In this document: positions 11,528-24,861 of the stretch, in pieces
How positions within the stretch are numbered: position 1 is the first letter of the stretch
Layout: each line of letters starts with the position of its first letter
Assembly (NCBI GenBank): GCA_035221665.1
Contig: CM069156.1
Location: forward strand, 26,412,001 to 26,476,000
DNA: 64,000 nucleotides
Direction: 5' to 3'
DNA from: Okamejei kenojei
Taxonomy: Eukaryota
Notes under the pieces: model-generated
What the model was told of the DNA's origin: nothing
Databases searched by the model: none
What the model saw: the letters and a program-made list of their open reading frames with translations, nothing else
Program-made: the position numbers and the translations under genes

Positions 11528-13886
11528 GCAAGACATCTAAGGTTCTCCGTGCATCATTCGACACCGAGATGCTCAAATAACCAGACGTCACTGAGAAGTA
11601 CCAGTCCCAGCTGGACAACAAGCTGACTGCTCATGGACCACTGACAGGCGACCCAACTGAAAAGTGGAACCAGTTCAAAGAGCTGATGACAGAGTCAGCT
11701 AAGGAAGTGCTTGGACGCAAGCAGCGTGTGCACTAGGACTGGTTTGATGTAAACAATGATGAAATAACCAAACCTGGACGAGAAACACAAGACGTTCATC
11801 GAGTGGCAGAACGACGTATCCTCCTATAACCAAAAAGAACCGCTTCAAACACCTGCAGAGCAAGGTACAGAAGGAGCTACGAGAAATGCAAGACAGCTGG
11901 TGGGCGAGTAAAGCTGACGAAGTGCAATGTTACGCAGACATGAACAACTCAAAACAAATTTTCAGCTTGATCAAGGCTGTGTATGGTCCACCCAAGCTGA
12001 CCTCCACCCCCTCCTTTCAGCTGACAGCAAAGCCCTGCTCAAGGATAAAAGCAGCATCTCAGACAGATGGAGAGAACACTTCACCAACCTCCTCAATAGA
12101 CCCTCTGCCGTTGACCCAGTCGCTCTTGACCTAATTCCACAAAAGCCAACACTTGACGACCTTGACCTCCGCCCATCTTTGGAAGAGATCAAGAAGGCCA
12201 TCAGTCAAACCAGCTCAGGTAAGGCATCAGGCATAGATGGAATACCTATTGAATTCTACAAGATAGCAGGTCCTGTGACACTAGATGCCTTCCACAACAT
12301 CTTGTCCAGCATCTGGGAGACAGAAAATATGCCCGATTAATTAAGGGATGCCACTGTTGACTCCTTGTTCAAAAACAAAGGTAGCAAAGCTAACTGTGGC
12401 AGCTACCGAGGCATCTCTTTGTTGTCCGTCACTGGAAAGATATTGACTCGTGTCATCCTCAACGGCCTAATCAATAAGGTCGCGGAAGCAAGGCTCAGTT
12501 GGTTTCAGACCTGGTCGCAGCGCTGCTGATGTGATCTTCACAGTGAGACATGACAAAGGCCTTTGCCACGGTCAACTGGGAGGCTCTGTGGTTGATACTT
12601 CGCAAGCTCAGCTGCCCAAGAAGGTTAATCTAGATCATCCACCTCTTCCATGATGACATGACAGGAACAGTTCCGGTCAACAGTGAAACTTCTGCACCTT
12701 TCGACATCTCCAATGGAGTGAAGCAAGGTTGCATGCTGGCCCCTGTACTCTTCAACCTCTTCTTCGGCTGCGTCCTGAGTCACGCACTCCAGGACCTCGA
12801 CCGTGCCATGTACCTGAAGTACTGTCTGGACGGATATATCTTTTACCTTCAACGACGCAATGTCAAAACCAAGACGCACGAACGGCTCATTCTCAAAGCC
12901 CTTTTTGCGGATGACGGCGTCGTCATGGCTCACGGGGAGTCTGACCTCCAGTTCATTGTGACCAAATTTGTGGAAGCAGCACAGGCTTTTGGTCCCACAA
13001 TCAGCCTCAGCAAAACGGAAGTCATCCACCAGCCGGCTCCAGACTCTGCAGCACCGCCCCCAAGTGTGCATGTTGACAGCACACAGCTGAAAGCCGTTGA
13101 CTCCTTCAAATACTTGGGAAGGGTAATATCTGATGGCTCTCTGGACAAGGAAATCTCAATAATCAGCAAAGCCAGTCAAGCACTTGGACGACTGCGTACA
13201 CGAGTGTTGAACCACCACAACATCAAGCTATTGACTAAACTCAAAGTCTACAAAGCAGTTGTGCTTTCCAGCCTGCTCGATGGCTGTGAAACGTGGACCT
13301 TGTATAGAAACCACATCCGTCAACTTGAGAAGTTCCATATGCACTCTTTATGGTCCATCATGAGCATTCGCTGGCAGGACAAAGTGCCCAACCTAGAAGG
13401 ATTGGACAGATCCAGCTTCACAAGCATTGAGGCAATGAGCATCAAAGCACAGCTCCGATGGACTGGGCACGTCATCAGGATGGATGAAACCCACATGCCT
13501 CGACAGGTCTTCAATGTCGTGCTCTCCCAGGGACAAAGAAACCGTGGGCGTCCCAGGAAGCGGTACAAAGATTGCGTCAAGGACCATCTCCACTATTGTG
13601 GTCTTGCGCTCAAGCAACTGGAAGCCTGCCTCAGCGACAGAACACGCTGGCGTGCAGCAGTGCGGACAGCAGCCAGCAGCTTCGGGAAACACTGCATAGA
13701 GAGACTTACCAAAGCCAAGGAGAGGAGGAAGGCTGCCGCCCAGAACCCGCCAGCGATGACCTTCATCTGCCCCCACTGCCCTCGTTTGTGCGGTTGACGA
13801 ATTGGACTCGTGCGCCATGTCAGAACTCGCCAGAATTGAGACTGCACAATCCGCCATCATTGTTACTGACGGGCCAGCACCACTAG
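11528..13886 (+). mobile_element. 5'-truncated, decayed RTE-clade LINE (reverse transcriptase plus C-terminal zinc knuckle)
   Basis: ORFs 11886-12134, 11927-12340 and 12658-13797 contain GKASGIDGIP, GVKQGCMLAPVLFN, LFADD, FKYLG, QLRWTGHVIRM, GRPRKRYKD and CPHC. Stops, frameshifts and an internal deletion are present. It sits inside an older minus-strand CR1 fragment. Confidence 0.9.
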
Positions 13887-16800
13887 TATCTATCTATTCT
13901 AGGGTAGAGAGATCGGAGCTGGGCACACTATTCCAGGAGTGCAGTTTCATCAGGGTCCTGTATAATTGCAACACAACGTCTCTACTCTTGGATTCAAATA
14001 ATTTCTTGGCAAAGATCACTATATAGCTTGCTTTTCTAATTGCTTGCTCGTTAACCTTCAGTCCTGTTCATAGCCACCCAGGTTCCTCCTGAGCGCAAGC
14101 ACCTTTAAACCTCTCATCATTTATAAATAAAAAAGCTCTTCAGGCAAAGAGGATGACTGAATATTGTTTCCATATTTCTACTGCTCCTGGTCATTAACTT
14201 AACTATTTACCACTGAATCCTCTGTTCTCACTCCCCACTATCTCAAAATTGCCACCCACCTTTGTCAGCAAACATGGATTCTTAATGCCATATCTAAATT
14301 GTAGGTATAGATTGTGAACAGCTGAGTTCCTCGCATCAATCTTTGTGTTGCACTGCTGGTCAGACCTTCCCAATCTAGAGATGACCCGTCCTATTTTTTT
14401 TTTGCATGTTAACCACACCAGAATGTCAACCGTCTAGTGTGTTGAAAGTTTTCTGAACCATATCCACTGGTTCCCTTTATTCTGTTCCTCTAGTCATTGC
14501 CTCAGAAAAAAACCCTTAACAGATTTGGTAAAAGTGATTTATCTTGCGCAAGGCTATGTTAACTATATCTAGTCCTGTTCTAAGTGCCATGATACTGATT
14601 CATTAATAATGATTTCTAGCTGTTACCCCACTGATGGCAGGCTAACCAGACTGTTCTCCTTTTTGTCCCCCTGTCTCTCTTAAATCATTCTATTTTTTAT
14701 GATCTTGTCAATAATTATGAAATTTTGGAAGGTGACAATCATTGGAAGTAATGTCTTTTCACTTCTGGTGAAGATCACAAACACTTGACGCCTTGCATGT
14801 GAATCTAAGCTTGGTGTAAGCAACCCTAGTGTAATTTTTTAATCAAATCTCAAATGCAACTGGAAGTAATTTGGAGCATCTGCTGCTGTGCATTCTCACT
14901 TCCTTCCACCTTGGAGTCAGGATCCCAGGTTTCACAGAGTTGTCTCCAAGGAGAAAGTTGAGGGTCAACACAAGGCTACAGCCCTTGTGGGTGGGTGCAG
15001 CCCCTGGAACTGGGGAGGGTGATAAGTATCCTAGTGGTCTTTGTTTCAGCACCATTTACTGACAAATGTGTGTTTTTGTTTTAATGTAATCTATTTTGAT
15101 ACTGCCTCACCCGCTGAGTTTCTCCAGCATTTTTGTCTTATCGTAAATATTTTTCCCTGAATCATTTTTTATTTTTTCTTGGAAATGGCCTCCTTGTAGC
15201 CAGTCAAAGAAATAGAAATTTAAAGCAGTCTCCAGGGATTTTTGTGAAATACAGTTCTGGCAGTACATTTCATTTATCATATCCTGTTAGTACTGAACAC
15301 TAAATTCAACAGGACCCTATTGGTTCTGGTTTTGATTTAGCTGAACTTGTTTTTATGGAGAGGCAGCACACAGGAGTAGTGATGCAAGGATTATTTATGG
15401 CCTAATTTAAAATGCCATCCTGTAATACCTTAATTACTTCCCCCTCTGCCAGAGATGCAGTGCTGCATGTACTGGTCACTCTCAAGCAAAGATGAAAAAT
15501 ATTGTGGATGTTGGAAATATTCTGCAGATGGGATAGTTTCTCTGGAGTGAAGAACACATTTAATTATTTTAATGAAATACCTGTCACAACAATAAAAATA
15601 TAGGGGATAGCACAACAGCACAGCTTGTAGAGCTGCTGCCTCATAGCTCCAGAGACCCTTTCAATGCTGGCCAGATCCTGTTAGTGTAAATTTTTCCCCG
15701 TGACAAGATCAGGTTCATAAGAGAACAGGAGCTCCTCTATTTACCTCCTTGAATATGTCCAAAAATCTGGTTTTCACCTCCAATGCGAGAAAATTTGCAG
15801 ATTTGTCAGCCTATATGACGCCATTTCTAGATACCTCAGTCTTTAACGACTGGCCCCTTGTAGTCATGTCTGTTTGGACAAGACGTACCAACTAATGAAA
15901 GCAGCCCAGCATCTCCCCTGTCATGCATTTTTAGGATATTGTGTGTTTAAATAAAATAACCCCTCATTCTTTTAAACTCAGTGGCACAGGCTTTGTTTGG
16001 GTAGCTCTGGATGCTGAATAAATAAAATGGGATTAGTTTATGACCAGTATGGAAGGGGTTCTTGGTGGTTTGTGTGAGTGACGTGGGCCAAAGGGACTGT
16101 TTCCATACTGTTTGACTGACTCCAAGTAGGAGCTGGTGGTGTGGCCCATCAAGCCATTCAATAATCATGGCCGATTTGCCTCAGACCCCAACTTCATTAC
16201 ATAATCAGTTTCCCATTGCTCTCAATTCCTTGATCTTTCAAAATGTTATCTGTATGTTATCAAAATGTTATACCCCTATGATCCAGCCTCTAAATTCCAG
16301 GAGATAGAGAATTCTAGAGATTCTCCCATCTGAGAAGAAATTTCTATGCACCTTATTTTTAAATGACTGGCGTTTATCTTGTAACTGTGCCCCCTCATTC
16401 AAGATTCAACCACCAGTGAAATAATTTGATCATTAACCCTGACATGCCCCCATAGGAACTTGCAGGTTGCATTTGGATCACTTCTTTCAGAAACTGAAAA
16501 AAAAAATCAACTTTTTTATCCATTCATGGTGCATCATTCATTTTATCCCAGGAAAGAACCCAGTGAGTCTCTAATGGATTGTTTCCAATGTAACTATACT
16601 TTCTAAAGCATATGGTCCGGTGATGCAGATTGTACTCTCGGTGCAGCCTCCCTAACATTCTCTACTTCTGTAAGAATATTTCTGTTACTGAACCCCAAAT
16701 GGCATGCAACTAAAAGGCCATTATACCATTTGCTTTCTTAGATCCCCGTGTGCCATTTGTAGTCTCTCTCCATTAGATAGGCTTTGCACTTTTCTACATT

Positions 16801-17928
16801 AAGTTCAATTTACTACATTTTCACCCATTCTAATCAACCTGTCTAAATACTGCTGTGGATTCCAAATAATGTCATGCCTTTCCCACCTATTTCTATGTCA
16901 TCACCTAAAACTCTGCCTCCTCAAAGTCATTCGTATAGGTAATAAATAATTGAGGGTCAAGTACCAATTCCGGGGGAACTTCCTTCCAGCCTGAGAAAGA
17001 TATATTTTATTCCACCTGCCTTCCATTAGTTTTTTATTGATCTGGAGGCAGTCCATGGGACACAGATAACTGAAATTATCTCAGTTCTGATATTTACAAA
17101 ACTTAAGTTATTCATCAATTTGAAAATAAAGATCTTCATTCTAACCAGCGGAAGTGCTTCTTACAAAAGTGCTTAAGATTATTTGGTTCCTGCCCAGATT
17201 ATTGCAGAAAAAAATTGAAGAGATTTCAGTAGTGGAGATGATAAAGATATAAATGATGCATCTTAAGTGGCTCAAGAAGTTATCAGATGCCAAAAGCAAA
17301 TTGCATTTTGGCCATCTGCTGGCAAATCATTGTGGAAGAGTCTTGGGAATGGCTGTGATGGCATTGTGCTGTTCATGCAGTGACTGTTTGAAAAACGTTT
17401 CAAATTCCCATTCCTCCGCATCGTGGAAATTGAATCTGTATCTAATTTACTTTTGTGAACCTCCGCAGAGGTTTTTTGTTTTATTAATTCAATGTTTACC
17501 AAGTGCACTTGTGTTTTTTGGGTTTCTTGTGTTGGATGGTGCTATACTTTATAAATCAATTTCATATGTCCACAATGTCTTAAAGCTGTGAACTACCAAC
17601 AAGCAATTAAGGAATATGAGGACTTGTATTGGAGAAATGTCAGTTCTCCTTGTCCTTTCCTTTTATTTTAATGTTATTTGCTAAACCAGCTTCATTCCCA
17701 GTGGAGCTTCATACCCAGTCTCTCAAAAATGGATCGGTTACTCCACTGTTTAAATCTGCTATTATTACAATGAAGATGTGTGCTGGGAACCCATCTGATG
17801 CCTGATTACAGCTCTGGCCTGGCCTTAATTTATTAAATTCAGGAATCTCTGATTTCCCCATTTTGTCTTTTCTACACATCCAGCCAAATCAATGGGCATT
17901 GTGGTCAATTTAACAATCCTCTTGATGT

Positions 17929-17956
17929 CTGAAGAAGGGTCTCTACCCGAAACGTC
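17929..17956 (+). ncRNA. Minimal type I hammerhead ribozyme core in a Penelope-derived insertion (17929-18059)
   Basis: CUGAAGA-A-GGGU(CUCU)ACCC-GAAA-C-GUC. Near-TSD ctcttgatgtctg / ctcctgatgtctg at 17919-17931 and 18060-18072. Confidence 0.7.
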
Positions 17957-19237
17957 ACCCATTGCTTCTTTCCAGAGATGTTGCCTGTCCCGCTGAGTTA
18001 CTCCAGCTTTTGATGTCTATCTTCGGTTTAAACCAGCATCGGCAGTTCCTTCTTACACACTCCTGATGTCTGCAGTTGCCTATCCTGGTGTAGACCTGAC
18101 CAGCACCCTCTTGCCTTGAAACCAGTTTCTCAGACCAAATGGAGCTGAAATTACATGAGAACAATCTGAATATGAATGCCAGTTTGTTCGTGGATTTATC
18201 TTGAGAGGAGCTGTTATACCATTCATGGGTTTGGGTCAGCTGTCTGTTGGACTTGTGTGTAGATATTGTTGGCTCTTATTTTCTTTCAAACCCTTTGGGA
18301 GGAGGAGGGAAATTTGAACAAATGCTCTCTGGCATTTTTCCGGGCAAACATTGACTTATTGTAAGGCAGAGAAGGCACAATAGATCCAATGTCCCACTTC
18401 AATTAAGACTTAATAGTTAAAGTAGTCTGACTGTTTAAACTTTCCTTACTTTTGTGTATTCCATTGATGTGCAATGCCACAAGTATAAAAGTTTTCTTCT
18501 AACCAGTGGTGATATTGTTCATACACCTCCATTGTCATGGGGAGATTGTCATTTTTGCATCTCTGCCACCCATTCTGACATTTAATATGTCCAATCTTCT
18601 ATAATGAAACAGCTCTTTCATTTTAAAAGGTTAAAAGTGATAGGAGCAGAATTAGGTAATTTGCCCATCAAGTCTACTCCACCATTCAATCAAGTTCAAG
18701 TTACATTTATTGTCACATGCACCAATTGGTACAGTGAGATTAGAGTTACCATACAGCCATACAAATTCAAAAGGGGCACAATACACGATAGAATTTAACA
18801 TGAACATCCCCACACAGCAGAATCAATGTTTCCCACTGAGGGAAGGCAATAAAGTTCAGCCATCTTCCTCTTTGTTCACCCATGGTCGGGGCCTTTGAGC
18901 CCTCCCCAATCGGCCTACGGGCCTGATGTTTCAGGCCCTCTCGCCGGGGTTATGGAACTCTGACATCGGAACGGGAGAACACTCTCAGCGGCTTGGAGTT
19001 TCCGAATCGGCTGCTTCCTACCGGAGACCGTGGCTCCCGAAGTCCACGGGCCGAGCTGGGCGGAGCTCCGACACTGGTGACCCTCGGCAAAGGATCCCAG
19101 GACTCCGCGATGTTAAAGTCAGCGCCGCCCGCGGCTGGAAGCTCCTCAGACCACGATGTTAAAGCAGCTGGCCCAACACTCCGGAGCTCCACACGGCGAT
19201 CCCTGGTAAGGCATCGCCCACTCCGCGATGCAAACCA

Positions 19238-19653
19238 GTACTCGCTAGAATTTAGAAGATTGAGGGGGGATCTTATAGAAACGTACAAAATTCTTAAGGG
19301 GTTGGACAGGATAGATGCAGGAAGATTGTTCCCGATGTTGGGGAAGTCCAGAACAAGGACACAGTTTAAGGATAAGGGGGAAATCTTTTAGGACTGAGAT
19401 GAGAAAAACGTTTTTCACACAGAGAGTGGTGTGTCTCTGGAATTCTCTGCCACAGAAGGTAGTTGAGGCCAGTTCATTGGCTATGTTTAAGAGGGAGTTA
19501 GATGTGGCCCTTGTGGCTAGAGGGATCAGGGGTATGGAGAGAAGGCAGGTACGGGGTACTGAGTTGGATGATCAGCCATGATCATATAGAATGGCAGTGC
19601 AGGCTCGAAGGGCCAAATGGCCTACTCCTGCACCTATTTTCTATGTTTTTATG
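19238..19653 (+). mobile_element. CR1 LINE 3' fragment, same subfamily as 42614-43972
   Basis: Encodes YSLEFRRLRGDLIETYKILKGLDR and is nearly collinear with 43557-43972, including the tail. Inserted into a GC-rich repeat. Confidence 0.9.
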
Positions 19654-21175
19654 AAGCTCTGGCCGGTCTCCGGCAGGAAAGGCCGTGCCAATGCAGATGG
19701 TAGGCTGCGAGCCATTGCAATGTTCTCAGCATCAGTCAGGCAGTGAAGGATGGATGATACTCTCCTTCAATCCTTCAGACCAGATTGAGGAGCAGAGACT
19801 GACTGGCTGCATATGGAGCGGAGATGCTCACTGCAGACACGGCAAAATACAAATCTTTCTTTATAAATCTTCTGTCTTTCCCTCGGATCTTCCTGGGCTG
19901 GGTCCAGTGTCTGTAATGGCCTGCTGCCACTGAGAAAAGGATGGTGCCAGAACAAGCCTTTGTTCCAAGTTGGGGAAAGGTCATCCAGCATTCTTCAGAA
20001 ATACTTATTCTGAGTTTGGAATGACTGGTGAGGCGGCTCCAGCAAGAGTGGGATTGGAGTCACACCTGTCAAAATATTGTCATGGGAATGCTTTGCCATT
20101 GTCCAAATCTAAAACTGTAGCCCTGCTTGAACAGATTCTCCCTTTATTTTGAGTGTATTATCTTTTGCTTTGCACAGTTATAGCTTGACCTCCACACCTC
20201 AAATCCTGTCTGTGCTTTCCATCATCAATTTAATCTTGATTTACTTGTTAGGAATACATCACGGGCATTTTTTTTGAAGTTGTACATTTCTAATTCTGTC
20301 TGAGGTGGGAACATTAAAACTATATGATAACAACCAGTTCTATGCTTTGACACAGCTCTTAAGATTTTGCATCAGAGTAATTAACATTGAGAAGATGATC
20401 CCACCGTTGAATCCTCAAATATTTGGCATTTCTGAACCTTAATAATAATAAAAAAAACTGCTGGAACACAGACTATATGACAGAATCCTATATCAGGCAG
20501 TCAGCTTGTGAATTATTCTCAAATAACTGGACCATCAGACTTTAATGCAATTAGGAATCTAATTCCCATCAATCTGTTAGATGCTTTTGTCAAAAACTAG
20601 ACTTTAGGTTATCAGTAATGTTTTTGCCGTTTGGAGAATTCACTTTGATTTTGAAGAAAACATTGTTTACAGGGCTTGGACGTTGCTGGCAATGACAGAA
20701 ATGTATTTTCTCGAAAATAAGTATGTCTCCTGGACTATCAAGTCTCGTATCACTACATCCCTGTCTGACTTCACCCTTCCTGCTCTGCCTCAGAGCCAGT
20801 CTTGGTGACACAAAGTTGGCGGCTGCTTTTGCTTGTGTTAGCCAGCTACTATATGCCAATATCTGTTTTTAAGGATGCTTTAGTGAAATGAGATTGAATG
20901 ATCTTGGTCTACTTCCTTGTTCCAAATTTCCAGGCTGACTTATCCTGAGCTTGCATCGTATGGAAATCCCAGCGTGACACTGCAGTTGGTGCTCGACTGA
21001 CGTTCAAGACTCTGTAGTAGCTTGAAGGATATTTCACTCTGCATCCATCCACTCATGCTCTACAAAAATACCTAATCTCATTGAGATTATACATTAGCTT
21101 GATGGTACAATGCTTGGATACATCGCCCTCCTAGAAAAAACAAAATCATATCTGTGCCAAACAGTGAGTTACTTC

Positions 21176-21310
21176 TTCTTCTTCCGTGTGGCGTGCACTG
21201 CCTAAAGTTGTTGGACAACTTGTTCTATTTGATCTTCCCTTTGTGCACGTCGAGTTGATTGCATTAGTCGAAACAGGGCGGACCTCGTGAAGGTTGCAAT
21301 CTTCCACCCC
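21176..21310 (-). mobile_element. 135-bp non-autonomous non-LTR retroposon (possibly Ingi/Vingi-type) with a 5' HDV-like ribozyme and a (GAA)n tail
   Basis: Perfect direct repeat agtgagttacttc at 21163-21175 and 21311-21323. The 3' end reads ...gcacgccacacgGAAGAAGAA. The 5' end coincides with ribozyme G1. The clade assignment is inference. Confidence 0.85.
21257..21310 (-). ncRNA. Minimal HDV-like (CPEB3-type) self-cleaving ribozyme motif, 54 nt
   Basis: The minus strand reads GGGGUGG-AA-GAUUGCA-ACC-UUCACGA-GGU-CCGCCCU-GU-UUCGA-CUAA-UGCAAUC. This gives P1 (7 bp, G1.U36 wobble), P2 (7 bp, perfect), P3 (3 bp), a 7-nt L3, P1.1 C22-G37, and J4/2 CUAA carrying the putative catalytic C. Activity is untested. 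Confidence 0.88.
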
Positions 21311-21723
21311 AGTGAGTTACTTCAGGAGTGCCGTAACGACCCTTAAATGCAAAGAACTGCACTCGCTTCAAATATGTTGAATTATCTTTGAGACGTTTCA
21401 TTGGAAATGATTTGTAGCCTTCATTGTGAGCATCTACTCTTTGTGTTGCATATAATCATTTAACCATTAAAGAAGTAGTTAGAAAATTGGTCATTGCACT
21501 TTCAGAATAGAATGCATTTTGTTTTGAAAACTTCTGTGTCATAATGATTGACAATGATTTAAAATTGAACAGCTGGGCTGTTATAGCTCAGCAATATTCC
21601 TGGTGCACATTTGTTGGGAAGGAAACCTGTTTTTAGCAGTCCACCTAAAGGTTTCCAGCTGGATAGAATAAGAATTGCTGTCTGTCAGTTCCCTGGTCTG
21701 GTGAATCATCTGCTCTACATGCC

Positions 21724-21960
21724 AAAGATGGACACTAAATGCTGGAGTAACTCAGCGGGACAGGCAACATCTCTGGAGAGAAGGAATGAATGACGTTTCA
21801 GGTCGAGACCCTTCTACAGACTGATCAGTCTGAAGAAGGGTCTTGACCCGAAACAGCATCCATTCCTTCTCTCCAGAGATGCTGCCTGCCCCGCTGAGTT
21901 ACTCCAGCATTTTGTGTCTATCTTCGATTTAAACCAGCATCTGCAGTTCTTTCCTACACA
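21724..21960. mobile_element. Palindromic (head-to-head) Penelope-derived mini-element; similar ones at about 455-665, 2280-2435, 28715-28865 and 54815-54980
   Basis: About 95-bp inverted arms centred on gactga|tcagtc (21824/21825). The right arm carries an extra tail. Near-TSD ctgctctacatgcc / ctgctccacatgcc. Confidence 0.85.
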
Positions 21961-24861
21961 TCCTGCTCCACATGCCCTTGGGTTAGGGAGTTAAAAGCTG
22001 CACAGGCTTCCTAATCTCAAGGCAGTACACCTTGGTGGTCTATGATGTCTGATTTGACTGAAGAATGGATTTGTTCCTGATGCCAGCATTGAAAATGCAG
22101 ACTTGCAAATTAACCAATTTGCAATGGTGCTGGTGTTCGAATGCACCTACTGCAAACTTAAACTTTTTGAAGAGAATTTCACAAACTTTAAATTTTAAAA
22201 ACAAATTCCCATCATTAATTATTATAAGTTATTGAATTAAATCATATAGCAGCGATTGGAGCAAGCTTCATTACAGTAGATCTTTACGATATCATGAAGG
22301 AAATGTTTTTGTTATGTGACTAATATTTATGCCGAACATCAAGGGAACCTAGTTTTGAAACTGTCCTTGTTCATTATTAATTTTCATATTTGCAGTCAAC
22401 TGGCTAATATCACTGTTGTGTTATTGTATGTGATGTTATAAAGCTCTAGAGTCTAGAAACTAATAGTGTAATACAGGATGGGAACAAGCCATACAGCTCA
22501 CCACATCCATACTAACCATAATAATGTGTGAATTACTTGAGCTGATAACGTGTTGCAACCCAGTGAAAACGGCATCTCATTTCTGAAGGCTGCAGTCTAT
22601 ACACAAACACTCCAATGATACAATCAGCTATGAAAGCTTGGAAGCATCGATTTTTGTTGTGATCAGTTTCCACGTGATTGCCGTCCGCTTCTAACATTTA
22701 ATTAAGAGTAGCATCTCTTTTTTGTAGAATGCAATTATTACTCTGCCAAACCCAAATCTAATAATTTAGTATTGGCAAATGCTAAGTGGTGTGAAAATCA
22801 AAGATAGCGTGGACAAGATAGCAACAACACTTGATTCCTTAAACTTTACAGTCTAAATGTGAACATCAACATGGGAATTTATCCCGATATAATTTTGTTT
22901 TATAATCCATATTTTCTAGTCCAGTGTTACATCCAAATATTTCAGCAAATTGTTCGTTCAGTGGTTTTGGATTAATTGAATTTTGTTCTATATTGGTTAT
23001 CACACTGAAATATTTTATGCAGAAACCCCCTGACTCACCTCCAATTGCTGGTCAAAAGCTAATTTTCCTTTGAGAAAATAAAAGCTCCATTTTATATCAT
23101 CTCCACTCCCACTCATCTCCTGGCTAGTGAAATGTTTGTAGATTTAAAAAAAACATTTACAAAATGAATTTACAGTGAGACCATCTCAGGCAGAAGAGGA
23201 TGCAGCATAATCATTTCTGTTTCCTGTACAATGGTTATCAGCATAAATAACTCAATATAAGCCTGCCCTAGTTATGTTCCTTCTGTTCCCTGACCTCAAA
23301 ACTCGCGGAGGTGTTGATGGAATGTGCTCTGAATCTGAAAATAAAGATTGAAAAAAGAAATGTATGAAGGGAGCTGAGAAAATACTTCACAATTTCATAG
23401 TGTGCAAAAGCAGATTTACCATATTCCACAGACTCCTTGTGATCAGAAGCTCGTCACAAATTGAGAGAACATACCACAAATAGGAACCCGTAAGCCTTTG
23501 TGCCTGTGGAGTGCTTATTAAATAAACTTCAATACTTGTTCTAATGTCTCAATGTTCCATAAATGACCGGCTCAGTTCCCCCAAGTTCAAAATATCCTTG
23601 TGTTCTATGCAATTGAGTTACAGACTATAATTCTTGTCGGTAGTCTATCCAATTTTGACCGAACTAGCTTGCATTCTTTTGTCACCATTACACGGCAGTG
23701 AGGAATGACATTAGACACTGGCATTTACCAAAATTGCTCACATTATGGTTGTTAAGAGTGTAGTATTTAGGGACTAACATCTAGTTCTGGATCATTGGTC
23801 CAGAAACACGAGTGAATCTCACTGGGGAACATAGGGACAATTGAATTCAAAGAGTTTTTTTTAAACTAGAATTTTAAAAAAGCAATTAATCTTTGTAATG
23901 GCAGCCGTAAAGCTACTATTCAAAAGTTAACCTGGTTTGTAAGAAAGCAGCTACTCTTGGGTCTAGCCAGAGTTATCGATTATGGATGACTCATCAGCTG
24001 CCTCAATTTGGGAGTCATTAATGATGGTTAATAAATGGCCATAATTTTGTCATTGACGTCTATATCCCAAGAATAAACAAATGTTGTTCTTGGTCAAAAA
24101 AAAAGCCAAGGGAAGAGCTGCTTGGGAAAACTTGGCAGAATAGGTGGTTAGTGAACGAAATTCACAGGTGTTTTCCAGGTTTCTTTTCCAGGCCATGCAT
24201 TGCTGTTTACAGGACACCCAGAAACCAAGTTCAGCATTATCCAGTGTCGCTGTCGTCAAGACAGGACAGCGGTTCTGAGTACGGGTTTTTTTTTTGTCTT
24301 CCGTCAGGGTGTTTCCAGGATACCAGACTCGCCTCCAAGTCATGGATTGAATGTGGTGTTTTACCAGGATAAAATAACAGCATTTGAACTGCACTTTATT
24401 TTAAAGCAGATAACCTTTTGAGAATTGAAACACTTGCAGTCGTGAAATGTTTGCGTCGAGTGGTTTAACATTGATTATTGTAAAACGTAAACATTTGGAA
24501 TTGGCTGCGTAAGAGTGTATAAATCACGCATGTCGAAGTCCAATGTGTTTAATTTATTGTGTTATTGGAATATTGACTCGTGCATGGAACTTCAGAAGAT
24601 TTAACAGCAGGTATAGGCAGTTGAAAGTAAATCATGCTTTCTGTAAGCACAAAATGAAATGTATGGCTGCTAAAGTGCTGTTACAGTTCTTAAAGGATTG
24701 AATTACCTTGAACACCCATTGAAAAAGAAAGAATTGATTTCTTACTGTCACTGGGAGTTGGATTTCTCATGCTTTGTTCTGATGATTGCTCTGACTGAAT
24801 GTGTGCTGTCCCACCCCCTTCCTCCCCCATCCCTCCCCTGCCAACTCCTCCTGCTGCATAG

